This document shows, one piece after another, positions 11,996-24,800 of a stretch of 40,986 nt of DNA. Origin of the DNA: Thelocarpon superellum. Lineage: Eukaryota. The position numbers and the translations under genes are program-made. The stretch lies in contig JAPEUG010000122.1 in the NCBI GenBank assembly GCA_026025795.1, forward strand, positions 1-40,986, read 5' to 3'. The notes beneath the pieces are model-generated. The model worked only from the letters and a program-made list of their open reading frames with translations, had not been told where the DNA came from and made no database searches. Position 1 is the first letter of the stretch, and each line of letters begins with the position of its first letter.

Positions 11996-13767
11996 ATGAT
12001 GCACCCAGCGCGACAGGCGTACGTGGAGGAGGATGAGCCCGAGGTAAGCTTCATTCGCAATGTGCAACTCTTTGGTCCCTGCGACAGTGTTCACCAGTCC
12101 CTCAGAGGCTCGCGGCTCCTTCTGGCCAGACTGTCGTCCAGGGCCCAGCACGAAGAGAAGGCTGATGGTGAGGATGATGGATCGTAGGACTCGGACATGG
12201 GGATCGATCTAGCCAATATCCGTAAGTATCCCGTCACCGGCGTCATGTCTCCCGCTCACCGTGACTAGCCTTGGACCGCGATCATGAATTACCCTCGCTG
12301 TCGTCTGGCGTCGCGCCTGAGAAGGCGTCGGCCATCTTGTCGCAATTCTCACGGAAACGACGAGCCGCGGCCATCGCCGTCCCCACGGACGATGGCCGGG
12401 TTCGCGCACGGCTACGAGAGATGGGCGAGCCCATGACGCTCTTCGGCGAAGGACCGGGCGACCGACGAGACCGTCTGCGCGAGCTTCTCACCACCGAAGC
12501 GGAGCAAGAAGCGGGCCTTGATGGCGATGGTGACGGCGACGTGGTGATGCACGTCGACGCAGGCGAGGAGCAAGAGCACGGCGAGCAAGAAGAGGAGTTC
12601 TACACCGAAGGCATCCACGAACTGCTCGAGGCGCGCCGCGAGATTGCACGCTACTCCCTCCCTCGAGCCCGCGCGCGGCTGGCCGTCCAGAAGACGGAAT
12701 CAACAATTCCCTTACGGACGCACATCAAACACCGAAAGGCGATCAAGGACCGGTTACAGGGCTTTGAGCTATTCGGCACGCAAATTGCCGGGGAACGACC
12801 GGTCAGCGTGGCCCGGTTCTCGCCGAATGGGGGATACATCGCGGCGGGAAACTGGTCAGGAGGCATCAAGCTGCTAGACGTGCCGAACCTAGACCCGAAG
12901 AAAGTGCTCCGTGGGCACACGGACCGAGTGGGCGGCATCACTTGGTATCCTGACGCGACGCTCCCGACCTCCTCCGTCTCGCCGAGTTCCGTGAACTTGG
13001 CCTCCAGTGGCGGCGAAGGAAACGTGCACCTGTGGTCGTTGGAGAAGGAGACGCCGCTCTCGACCCTCTCGGGACACACGGGACGCGTGTGTCGTGTCGA
13101 GTTCCATCCCTCCGGCCGCTATCTGGCATCGGCCTCATACGATACCACCTGGCGGCTGTGGGATGTGCAGACGACCACCGAGCTACTGCTACAGGAAGGA
13201 CATTCGCGCGAAGTGTACGCGCTCAGCTTCAACCCGGATGGCTCGTTGTTGGCGAGCGCGGGACTGGACAGCATCGGTCGGATCTGGGACCTGCGCACCG
13301 GTCGGACGGTGATGATCTTGGACGGGCATATCCGCGAGATCTACGCGCTGGACTGGAGCCCCGACGGCCATCGGGTCCTATCTGGCTCGGGTGACGGTTG
13401 GATCAAGTGCTGGGACGTACGCATGGTGCGGGGAGTCGGTGGCGTGGGTGCCCACCGAGGCGTGGTGTCGGACCTCCGATGGTTCAAGGGGACCGACGCT
13501 CCATCAGCGGGACACGCGCTCCAACGAGACGAAAAGGGCGAGCTCATCCCGTGCACGTCGGGCACCTTTGTCGTGTCGAGTGGCTTCGACAAGAACGTCA
13601 AGATCTTCTCGGCGGATGATTGGGCGTTGGGTAAGACCCTAAGTGGTCATTCGGGCAACGTGCTGAGCGTCGACGTGACGAGCGATGCCAAGTGGATTGC
13701 CAGTAGCGGTCACGATCGTACGGTCAAGTTGTGGGGTCGAGAGGATAGCTTACCTGTAGATACGTGA
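11996..13767 (+). CDS. PRP4: U4/U6 snRNP protein Prp4 (PRP4 motif plus WD40 repeats); exons 11996-12043, 12188-12221, 12269-13767
   Basis: [47 protein letters not shown]; multiple GH..WD repeats ([17 protein letters not shown]). Confidence 0.93.
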
Positions 13768-14124
13768 AATGGCCGTTTGCCTATTCACAATCTCGCTCGA
13801 AGTGTGTGGAGCGCTCAGTCGAAGATACTCAGCCTGGTTGGAACTGGTTGGCGATTCGTTCCTCGCGGGGCTGCTGGGCTCAGTGGAACCGGGTGCAAAT
13901 CCACCGGGCGAGCTGCACACCCCTGTAGGCCCGTGGCGCCCGCCCCCCCCCTCCAGCAAGCATCGGCTACGGGCGCCACGAAGATCGACTCGCACCGGAG
14001 GATGACCGAGACTCTCAACTTCGGGACAGGTAATTGACATCATAGCCTCCTAAGACTTTTCGAAGTCTTTCTAAATTATCCTCACGGTCCACCACTACGA
14101 GGACCTCCACCACTGTATCTCGCC

Positions 14125-14889
14125 ATGCGTCGCTCGCTCACCACAGCCCGCGCAAGGCTTCCCGTAGCTTCTCAAAAGAAACAACCTTGCCAACTGTGTT
14201 TAACCCCTACGCGCACCCGTCCCGCACTACCCCAGTGTTTCGGTCCCAAATCCCGCAGACCTTTACAACGAGCATATAAGTCCACAAGTACCACCACTGC
14301 CGCCTCCTCCTCTTCCTCCTCTGCACCAACGAGGTCCACTCCTCCCTCGCAGCCAACGCACTACACGCTCTTCCCGCTGACACTCCCCATGGGCCCGCCC
14401 CCGCGCGGCTCCTTCGCTATCGACGCACGCGCACTCCGTCGAGAATTCCTCGCCTTGCAGTCCCAAGCCCACCCCGACCGGCACGCGACGGGGGTCAAGC
14501 ATCGAGCTGAGGCCGCCTCGGCCCGGATCAATGAGGCGTATAAAACGCTACTGGACCCTTTAGCTCGCGCGCTGTACCTCCTGGAGCTCCGGGGCGTGCT
14601 CGTGCAAGGCGGCGACGAACGTGTGTCGGAGGAGGACCAGGACTTGCTGATGGAGGTGCTCGAGCTGCGGGAGCAGGCGGAGAGTGCGCGTGACGAGGAG
14701 GAGGTGGAGGTGCTGAAGCAGGAGAATGAGCAGCGGGTAGATGAGAGTGTTGAGGTGCTGGAGCGCGCGTTCATGGATGATGATCTCCAGCGCGCCAGGA
14801 GCGAGACCGTGCGGTTGAGGTATTGGATCAACGTGAAGAATAGCCTCGATGCTTGGGAGAGGGGGCAGCCGGTGGTGCTCCAGCATTGA
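14125..14889 (+). CDS. JAC1: Fe-S cluster co-chaperone HscB/Jac1 (J-domain)
   Basis: Presequence; LRREFLALQSQAHPD, SARINEAYKTLLDPLARALYLL, LLMEVLELRE, VRLRYW. Confidence 0.93.
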   Translation: MRRSLTTARARLPVASQKKQPCQLCLTPTRTRPALPQCFGPKSRRPLQRAYKSTSTTTAASSSSSSAPTRSTPPSQPTHYTLFPLTLPMGPPPRGSFAIDARALRREFLALQSQAHPDRHATGVKHRAEAASARINEAYKTLLDPLARALYLLELRGVLVQGGDERVSEEDQDLLMEVLELREQAESARDEEEVEVLKQENEQRVDESVEVLERAFMDDDLQRARSETVRLRYWINVKNSLDAWERGQPVVLQH

Positions 14890-15229
14890 TCGCTTCATAT
14901 CTTCCTCTACTTGCTTTTTGTAACATCTCTCATTTCGTACCTGCATCGGACGGCGGTATGCGACGTTGGCTTACCCGCTCACTGTCAGAGTTCCAACTTC
15001 ATCAGTCCCCGCAGTCAGGAGGTGCAGTGGAGAACGGACGGACGGGTGTTCGCTAGTTCACTCCTCTACGATACGAGACGCGCCAACTGCTAGAAGTAGC
15101 AGTCACGATGGAAAGCGCTATGTATTTTATTTACGCATCTGAAGTGTCGCCAGACCCTCGAAAAATGCCGCCGTTGTCTCGCGGCTGATCCCGTCACCGG
15201 GTTTACTCCAATGTCACCTTCGTCCTTCA

Positions 15230-16544
15230 TTACCTTGCCGTCGACTCAGAACTCATCGCCCGCAGCCGATCCAGGATCTCTTGGCGTCCTCCCTTGATGG
15301 CCCAGCTCAGTCCCGACCCCAGCCCGGAGCCGCGGAAATTGGCCTTGTGCAGAGATGGCGAGGTCGAGACGAGTCTCGTGACAAGATCACTGGTCAGCCA
15401 CAGTCCCTTCTTGATTCGCAGACATTCCAGCCGTGGCAGCCGGACCATCGCCTCCACCAAATCCGTCACCTTCACCGACCGGATTTCCGTCGCCCGCCAC
15501 GTCCAGGACTTGGGCACGTCCGACACGAAGATCAGCGACGTGAACGCCGTGGGTCGATGGGCCGAGGACGTTATGGCATAGTCGGCCGTCAGCGTCAGGT
15601 AGGACAGATCGAGCTTCCGAATCCCCGGGCAGGCCTCAAGCACATGCAGGACCGCCCCAATGGGCAAATCCCGCGAGAAGCTCCACTGCCGCAGAAAGGA
15701 ATGCGGCAGCGGATGGGTCGAGCTGCCCTGGCTCAGCCAGGACTCGATCGTGCGGCCACGCCGCTGATGAACGCTGGGGCTAGATGATGCAGTTCCGGTA
15801 CCAAGCGACCGCCGGAGGGATGCCAGGGGGTCCGCGCGATATTTCCACTCGCGCCAACCAGCCAGCGGGGTATCGGCATGGCCATGTTTGCCGAACATGC
15901 TCAAGTCAAGGCAGCGGACCAAATTCGCACGGTCGCCCGAGTGCGAGATGACGCTAACGAATTGAGCAAAGCGGTATGTCGACGCAAACGTCGGTTGTGC
16001 ATAGAGCGCGATCATCGCCGACGACACCAGAAGCGAGTGAGTCCGGTGGACCGAGCACAGGTCCGGCTGGCTCAGATATGAGCAGACGTGGTCCAGGATC
16101 TCCGGAGGTAGCGTGATCAGACTTGCCGTCGGCGTGTATTTGCGTTTGCGCGAGAAGGCCGAGGATGCCGTGGAATTAATGGAAGCCCGGGACGATGACA
16201 GCCGGTAGGTGCGACTAGTCCGCGGCTTTCGTGTCACGTTGGGCTCCGCCGGAGTCAAGGGCAATGATGAGGGAGCCAGCGACGTCATCGGTCGAGGTCC
16301 ATTGGGGCCCTTCCCCGCGTCACCATCTTCATTTTCCTCGCCGGAACCGTGCCTTTGACCGGCACGTTTCGCCAATGCTTTGCTCCCACGGTCGATGGAA
16401 AGGAGCGCCGAGAGTGACCGATTCGCCTTCTTTCGTGGTCGCTCTAGCAATGGGACGGGTGTAGCAGAGAGGAAATGTTGCGAGTTAAACGCCAAGCCGT
16501 TTGATCGTTGAGACAGATTCAACGACGGCGTCTCATATCGGCCC
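15230..16544 (-). CDS. F-box / LRR-like protein; main exon shown, 5' exons uncertain (candidates 16583-16616 and upstream of 16661)
   Basis: F-box LITLPPEILDHVCSYLSQPDL; PTFASTYRFAQFV, LAGWREWKYR, RDLPIGAVLHVLEACPGIRKLDLS; CTGAC..CAG acceptor at 16545. Confidence 0.75.
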
Positions 16545-17483
16545 CTGCGTAGAGCCCAAGTCAGTGTTCGCATCTCTCATACGGTGCCTTCGAAGCCGCG
16601 GGTTGGCCAAGAGAATCTTACATAATGGATGATGCGCATCAGCCAAGGCAACAAAGGATACGGATCTCGAGATCAAAGAGAAGATAGGAAACCGGAGCGA
16701 GGCACGAGTGGTTTGAGAGAAGAGGGGGCAGGAAAGGAGACGATATCATGGGCATGATGCTCCTCGACCATCCATGGTGGGCAGGAATGGAGAAACGAGC
16801 GAGCGTGCGACCCCTCATCAACATCGGGCACAACGGATTCGTGTTGGCTGGTCAAGCACTGGACATCACGTCGTTCGCCGAGAGAAAAGAAAGGCCTCTT
16901 CAAGGGACAGATGGTCCGAAATGTCGCGACATGTAATACACGCCCAAGAGCTTGGACGGTGTCTGTGCCGACGCCGTGTCATCTGAAGATCGACCCATGC
17001 GATCATCTGGTCAGTGGTCGTGTTAGTGTGCAGCTGAGCTTGGCATCTGGACCGGCCCAGCGTCTTGGTGATCGGGACATGGTGGGGCGGGGTGCACGGC
17101 TCGCGTGACACCCGGCGTGCTGGCAGGACGAGATCGCGCTTGTACGGGAGACTAGAGGGCTCGATGCTGGCTACGGGGACGGAGACGCCGATTTGATGCT
17201 GATGGTGGTCCGCTTACCTGAGCAACTGCGGACGCCACGCTGTATCAGGATTGGTGCTGTTGCCAGTCACTGATGGGGCTCCAGATAACATGTCGTACTC
17301 ATCTAAGAGGACTCACGCCAAGGGCGAGGGCCAAACGTGACGAAACGTGAGAGACAAAGGCGGAAAAGATAACAGCCCGGGCTACACCCAGAGACTGCCG
17401 ACTTGACAATAAGCGATCAACCGTGTGGCAAAGTTGACTTGCTTCATGTCGCTCCCCAGTGTCTATCTCTCCAGATTTCTGCC

Positions 17484-18880
17484 ATGGCAAGCCTCGGCGG
17501 ATCGGCCATTCCATCCGTGAGCGTGGAGCAGGACGCAGACATGTCATCAGGAGGTGATGTCCACATCAAGCCCGATCCCGACTCGGTGGACGCCTCTCCG
17601 CTGCCACTGTCCGAGGATGACATCTACGAAGACGCCGGTGACCTGGACTTTTCGCATTTTGACAAGGCCGTCTACCTGATGCGCGTGCCCAAGTATCTCT
17701 GGGAGAACTGGTCCAAGCTCGGCGATGACGAGCAGATCAAGGTCGGCCAGGTGAGGGTAGAACGACTGGGCCACGATGCCAACGGGCAAGAGATCAACAA
17801 GGTAGCGCCACAAGCCACGAGCCTCAACCGGCCCTCGGTCATGTCGGCTGACCGCGATCTTCTCTAATAGTTTACGATGCTGCTCGCACCATCTGCCGAG
17901 ACGAAGCGAGGCTTGCCTCGGGAGTACGACATGAAGCTCACCAACGCCGACTCGACCAACACCTACATCTTCACAGAAAAGGACTTACCTGGCTACCGCT
18001 CCAGGGGACAGGGTAGTCTGAAGAACAGCACCTATGGCGGCGTCAGCAAAGGACCGACCAACCAGAGCGCGGCGGGGAAGGATCGGCCCCCGGGGGCTGG
18101 CCGGTGGGAAAGGGCGCCGCGAGGCCAACCGCGCTACAAAAGGGCGATTCCGAGTATGCTCACCCACCACCATGGCCACGTCGTGCGCTGACCCTTCATC
18201 GATCTAGAACACACGGCGCTAGCCGGCTTAGTCAAGCACGAGATGAGCTGTGTGCCCCTCGACTTGGAGCAAGAGAGGCGCTACGTGGATGGGAAAGCCA
18301 AAGCAAGCTCGAAGCCGCGCGAGACCGTCTTCCTCGAGGGTGTCGGCCCGGTCGCGGGGAATCTGCTCGACCCAGGCACGCTTGGGTCAGGAAGCAACTT
18401 CCGCAGCTTCATCGTACGTGGCCCCCACGTGGATCGAGGACGAGCGTCTCCGGGGCACCTGACTGACGCCCAGCACAGAAGACGAATCGTGGGCCGCAGC
18501 GTGGCAAGCCGCAAGAGACGAAGAATGCGCGGATTCCGCAAAACGAGTTGTTCGATCTTATCTACGAGTGCTTCTCGCGCTACAACTACTGGCCCTTCAA
18601 GACGCTCAAGCGAGAGTTGAACCAGCCAGATCAATATCTCAAAGAGACGCTAGAGGTGGTGGCCGACCTTGTCAAGTCGGGTCGCTTCGCCATGACCTGG
18701 ACTCTCAAGCCGGCCAATCGCGTGGCGCAGTATGCGGACATCAAGGACGAGGTCGCGCCGGAAGCGGCTGACGCCCTCGAAGGTGCCTCGGATGTTGGCG
18801 AGGCTGGTGGAGACGCTGGGGCGGGTGACGACGACGACGACGACGATGACATGAAGATGGAGGATGTGATGCCCACGTGA
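17484..18880 (+). CDS. TFG2: TFIIF beta subunit (Rap30); exons 17484-17801, 17871-18153, 18208-18413, 18479-18880
   Basis: DIYEDAGDLDF, YLMRVPKYLWENW, PREYDM, NTYIFTEKDL, IPKHTALAG, ARIPQNELFDLIYECF..YW..LNQPDQYLKETL winged helix. Confidence 0.93.
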
Positions 18881-19585
18881 CGGGCCGTCTCACATTCATC
18901 GCATCACATGTGCATTTCTGGCGTTCGGAATTGGGATGGAGGCTGATGAGGCTCTGGGCGTTACCAGGAGATCTGTTCCTTTGCGTCGTGGCGGTTGGCC
19001 ATTGCCATCTAGAGGAATTTCCATGAATTCAATCCGTCCACCCTACATACTAAAGCAAACATACCCTTCACGTAAAGTGCTGTGGAGGCTCCATACGGGA
19101 GCTCGAGGCTTCTAAGTAAGCCGTCACACGTGACCCACAATAGCTGTATATTAGAACGACGGATAGCTTCCGTAGAATAAACCACCCATCTCCAGTTGAA
19201 TAACCGGGGTGCGTCAGTGCCATCAATCGTCGTAGGCTTGTGAAAGGGGAGGTAGGGGTTTTTGGTAAGAAGAGACGGTAAGTCGGGGCAAGAACCTTCG
19301 CTGGTCTTGGAGTCAGAGCGAATCCGCCGGTGCTTACGGGTAACAAAACATTACGGGAACAGAATGCGGCAAATGGTATAGAGGTGTCGCTTGTCGCTGC
19401 TACTACAGGGCGCGAAACGTCGGCCAGTCGTGGGCGCTAACTTCCAAGTGAGCGACAGAAACGACTCTCGTTGGCCCAGGCTGGGATTCCTTTATTAGCA
19501 CGGTGCTGCTCCATCTTCCCCTCCGACATCCAACCAACTATCCTTTCCTATCAGCCTACTGTGAGCCTGCTCTCACGCCTCCACC

Positions 19586-21354
19586 ATGTCGGAAGACGAC
19601 GACTTGAAGCGGAAGATCGCCCAACTATCTGGTTTGGACTCCCCCAAGATAACAAGCCATACGTGCACCGCCTGACCGCGGTGGCGACAGGCCAGATTAA
19701 TCGCCGCGAGCAGGAGGGTTCGACCACGGTGAACCGCCGTGGCGCCTACACTGCAATCTCGCCATCCAAAGCTCATCTGGAGCCCGGTAAGCCGGGCATC
19801 GAAGGCTTCTGGGCCAACGCTGACTCGGTCGGACAGCCCATGTTCCCCGGCCCGCTTACCAGACCTCCTCCCGCGGTGCACCGTCCGGCCGAGGGCGCGG
19901 GGGCAGAGGAAGGGCGACCTTTGCCTCTCACAAAAATCGAACCTTGGTGTTGAATAACGTCGTGAACCACAGCGGTCCTGACGCAACGGCACCAGACTCC
20001 AATGAAGCGACCGTGGCCAACGGCAGCCTGCCGCGCGACGCATCGTCGAGCTCGGTCGGTTGGGTGGCCAAACACGACCGTCACAAACAGTTGATCAATC
20101 CAGCCGTCTACGAGCGCGAGGTCAAAGCGCGAGCGCGTGACATGGAAGCCTCAAGACGCCTTAAAGCACAGCGGCGAGATGAACGGGAGAAGGCGAAGCT
20201 AGCCAGGCACTTACAGCGACTCTCCGCCTACGCATATCCGTCCAGCCATCCCGCCAGCCAGATACCGCCCACACCCGCGCAATATGAGATCACGATCCAA
20301 GGCATCCGTTTCCGAGTCACCAGTGGTGGCAGCCGACTGCTCAAGATGACGAGTACACAAGCCAGCCACGACCCTCCGCCCCGGACCGGAGCTAATGGCA
20401 TGCCGACAGATGAGTCGAATGCGTCACGACCAACCCCCAAGAGAGCCAATGTAGGCGGCGTAACCTTCATCAGAAGCAAGAACGGCAACCTCTACCGATC
20501 GGGTGTGGTCAAGGCGCAGAGGTGAGCGTTGTCACCAACGGACCACGACCGAGGTGGATCCGGATGAGATGTTGATGCACTAATCATGACTAGGAGGGGC
20601 GCCATCAAGAAGATCAATGAACCGTGCCCGCGATTCACCACCACCGGTACCACCCTTTCCCTCCGACTCGGAGCTGACCGAGGCCACCGCGCGCGACGCA
20701 GCCTCGCCGCCCGGATGGCCGCGGCCGGACCGCTGGGACCTGCTGACGGTAGATGTGTGTCTAGGATCATGTCCAAAGGGGCCCTTGTGCCCCTATCTCC
20801 ATGACCCCAACAAGGTAGCCATCTGCAAGGAGTTTCTGCAAACCGGAGCCTGCCCGGCTGGGGAATCGTGCGACCTCTCCCACGATCCCACGCCGGAACG
20901 CGTACCAGCATGCCTGCACTTCATCAAGGGGAACTGCTCTAATGCCCAGTGCCGCTATGCTCATGTCCGGGTCAACCCCGGCGCACCCGTGTGCCGGCGA
21001 TTTGCCACGCTGGGATTCTGCGAGTCCGGTGCTCAGTGCACCGACCGCCATGTGCACGAATGTCCGGACTATGCCAACACAGGGACGTGCCACAACAAGA
21101 AATGTAGGTTACCGCACATTGACCGGGCCGGTCAGATCCGGAAGAGTCAGGTCAAGGCCGCCTCGGCCGCGGCCCAAGACGGCGACGAGGCTGCCGCCAA
21201 AGATGACGGCAGCGATCTGTCAAGCGATGAAGAAGACGCACAAATGGACAGTGACGACGTCGACTCAGATGGTCTCACCGACGATTTCCTGGAGGCCCAT
21301 CCAGGGCCCGGTGACCCAGACGTTGCTGCCCAACAAGATTTTATTCATTTCTGA
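19586..21354 (+). CDS. Multi-CCCH zinc-finger protein, ZC3H3/Red5-like; exons 19586-19631, 19691-19786, 19837-20352, 20410-20521, 20594-20646, 20765-21354
   Basis: MSEDDDLKRKIAQLSGQINR, HKNRTLVLN, WVAKHDRHKQLIN, GGVTFIRSKNGNL, then five tandem CCCH fingers and an acidic tail ending QQDFIHF. Confidence 0.85.
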
Positions 21355-21842
21355 CCTGATCCTTGGTGCTACTGGCATCCTCCTCCTCTGCGCCTGCTTC
21401 ATACCATCCGCGTTCGCTTGCTGAGCCGTCAGTTCTTGACGTCAGCAAGCGCGTCTCTTCTGCTTGGACGAGAGATATGGCGCCGTTTCCCCCTGCGGGA
21501 CACATCAGCAGACGGCGTGAGTCATGATGCGGAAGGATCTGGGTGATCTGAGCCCAGCTTGTTCGGCATGGCGTCTGGGGCGAGGTATTCACGAAGAAGA
21601 AAGCAACGGAGGCGTTGGTGGCCCGAGAGCGGCCTGTATGGTGTAGCGCCCAATCAGTTTCTACTGGTCCTGGCTCGCCCTGTAATTTTATTCCCTTCTC
21701 TGTCGCGTTGGGTTGTAATCGAGGAGTGTGATGGTGAATCAGGCACAGAAATCAGACCGCCCTTGTCCAGTCTGACCGTGGTGCGACCTCGACCAGTCGT
21801 TGCAGCCCGAGACAGGGTCGTTGGTGAGTAGGACCGTAGCGT

Positions 21843-21872
21843 GTACGAAGTATGTTACTTCGTACTTCGTAC
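21843..21872. promoter_or_regulatory. Palindromic cluster of GTACGAAGTA motifs
   Basis: gtacgaagta-tgt-tacttcgtac plus an overlapping third copy; function is inferred only. Confidence 0.4.
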
Positions 21873-24800
21873 CATAGGCGCTCGTACACATGAATCAGCC
21901 GGTCAAACAGGCGATTGAACGAAGAACCAACCATCCGCGAGTCCGCCCATCCGCCCATCCGTCCGTTCGCTAATCAAGCCTCCTCGGCCACCAACTTGGC
22001 CCAGCCTCCACCGCCCATACCAGCTCAACCCAATCTCAGCTCCTCGCTCCCCCGTTCCCCAGCCCAACTCTGTCAAGCCACGCCCGGTTCGCCTCACTAG
22101 CGGTTGGGCATCATCTCATCCCTCATCCACCATCCACCGTCCACCATTCACCATCCCTTGTTTCTCGCTCTCCATCCAACCCTCGTATTCCAACTATCGC
22201 CGTAGACCCCGATGGTCTTTCTCTTGCGCTACAGGAATGTCGACCGACGTCGCCCTGCGTGTCGCGCTACAGAGCCGTACCTCCCTCTGTCTTACACGGC
22301 AGAATCCTATCGCCCTTGCGCTATACGCCACCGCCATGCATCTCGCTTCACAGTAGCTACGCCGCACAGGCGTAACGCGGAAGCGTTAGGTATCGTAAGT
22401 GCTACCTTGACAGGATTGGACCTCGTCGATTCTGCGCGCATGGTCCATCGCGGTCTTACATCGATCTTGGGTACCGCAACGAGAATACGACGACTCGTAG
22501 TAGGGTACCGCCCTGTTTGCGCTCCGGCACTTACACATAGGGTCGTTCATTGTCTTCATGAGGCCTACCCTGCCATAGATCAGGTTTTATATTGTCCCAC
22601 AACACTGGTGGCATCATCCCATCGCCCTCGAGCTCCCCCACTTTGGTGCCAGATCGACACTCTCAGCCGCAGATATCTATATCGGTAAACAGGACGAGAC
22701 CTTGATTCTGTAGTGACCGACCGAGTACGAGCTCCGGCCGTGATAGGAGGTGCCGGGACCCACTTTAGGATGAGGCTGGTGCCGCGTTCCAACCAACCAA
22801 GGTCGATGCAAACCGTATGTCTGCGTCATTCACGATCGCATCCACATTTCTGTATCAAGTAATGGCATGTACCCAAATGCAGTTGTGGGGTGTAAAGGCC
22901 ATTTCTCCCTGAGATGCACCTCGGCGATGGGCGTCTTCGGATAGACCACTGGCTGACATGGAGGAGAGCCATTCCGCCTCATCGGTGCGCCGTGACGGGG
23001 CTTTTTCTCTTACCCTATCTTCTTCCGGTGGTGGTGGTGGAGGTGGCGGGGGGTGCCCTTGTCTCCCCCAGCTTCTTGGGCATCATCTATTCTTGCACTC
23101 GCGTCCGTCGCACCTTGGAAACTAGCGTTGCGCCACGGCCACGCCGATGCACGCACGGGTCACGCTGCAGAGCTGCAGGTTGCGTGCGAGGAGCGCACCA
23201 AGGAACGCGAGTGGGACTGGTCTCGCTCGGCTAGGCCTACGCGTACGGTGAGGAGAGTTGGTGTGCACCAGCCGGCTGGGTTGGGTACGCTGGCGCCGGG
23301 GGAGGGGCGTACCGGCGTCGTGTGGTACGCTTTACGTCCTGCCCACCAGGTAGCGGGGACACCTACATCGCGGTGCCAGTACACCTGTGGTCGGAACGAC
23401 TGGGGAATCCATGGGTCAAAGACCAGGCGAATCCGATGTACAAGTACCATACCCACTCAGGCGGATGAGTACCATGGTGTCGGCCGGCATGGTCACGATC
23501 GCGAAGAGATCCCATGGGACTAATTTGACTCATCTGACGCACGGGCTTCTCCGCTTTCCGGTCACGAACGTCGTCCGGCAGATACTGAACCCGGCACAGT
23601 CACGCAAACGTTGGAGGACTGGTCTGGGTGGCGGTGGTGATGGTGATGGTCAAACTTAGCGCGCGACCCTGATTCTCCCTCATCCATGTTCATGATGAGG
23701 ACATGATCATGAGTGACGCTCGCGTCCCTGGAACCCGAGTGGGGCGGTCTCAGACCCAGTGGCCTAGTGGAGGGGGTGGAAAGCCTGGCAGTGACCAAAT
23801 GGAGGCCTGCGTGACTCCCATCTGGGGTGCTGACGGGTCGGTGGCCATGGTGGGGGGACGACGACACGCCTAAAGAGGAATGGTTGGACGCGCCAGCGCT
23901 GACCCATCGCTCCCCACATGGATCGGCAAGTGGTGAAGGGGCAGGCGCCCTAGTAAGCTTAGGCGGGTGATGCGGGTGATGCTACGCAGACGCTGGAGAC
24001 GAGCATGAGGAACACACGGGACACTCCGATCGATGCGATCGATGCGACCGATGGCTCATCCGGGCCTCCTTAGCTGCCATGACTCTCTCCGCACCAAGTC
24101 CTATCACTTCCATCGCCCTGGATCGTGCCTCACACAGCGGCCACCGGCGAGCCGTCCACGGCCACGGCCGCGGCCGCGGCCTTCTCCGAGGACGACAAAG
24201 GCCCGACGATACGGGGCAGTGTGCGCGGGCAGCCATGCACAATCCAATTGTCGGTGGTGATGTCGCACGCGCGCCCCCGCCACCGCCCCGGCGCCCCGAC
24301 CCCCGAACCGACGCTCGCACCAGTCAACGCAGTCACTCGTCCGTGGTCCACGCACCCTTCCACGGGGGCAAGTTTGCGTGCGGCAAGGGCTGGTGACGGT
24401 GGTCCTACCACGTACACAAGGGTGGGGGAGGACTTGCGCTGCTTGGCCTGCTGGGGTCGGTTGGGCCTGCTGGAGGCCCGGCGGCGTCCGGTGCGCGTTC
24501 GGTGTCCGTAGCCGGGGTGGTGAGGATGGGGGAAACGGGGGTGGACATGGGTGGTCTGGATGGCGCGTCGTAAGGCCCGGGAGGGCGCAGATGACAAGGT
24601 CAGCTTGCCCAATCGCCCGCACCCGAGCCTGCCCGGGCAGGGTCATCGCCTCACAACGATTGGATTGCGGTGACGGGTGTGCTGCTGCATTGACACCCAA
24701 AACTCCACCCATCAGGCGTCCGCGCCTAGCGCACCCCCCACTAGACCGGCGCCCTTGCCCGTCCAGAACCCGTAGGGCCCGTCCCTCATCCGCCGCCGGG

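Noticed and set aside
13875..13905. GGGCTCAGTGG and GGTGCAAATCC resemble tRNA A and B boxes
   Set aside because: The boxes are only a few nt apart, and no cloverleaf or anticodon arm can be drawn.
13770..14060. SRP, RNase P/MRP or U1 snRNA candidate
   Set aside because: No SRP helix-8 motif, no P4 GAAAGUCCCC, and AATTACCTG lacks the U1 ACTTACCTG and an Sm site.
21341..21592. Minus-strand 83-aa ORF with a CTGAT..CAG acceptor-like site
   Set aside because: It overlaps the CCCH gene end, and I found no credible upstream exon or homology.
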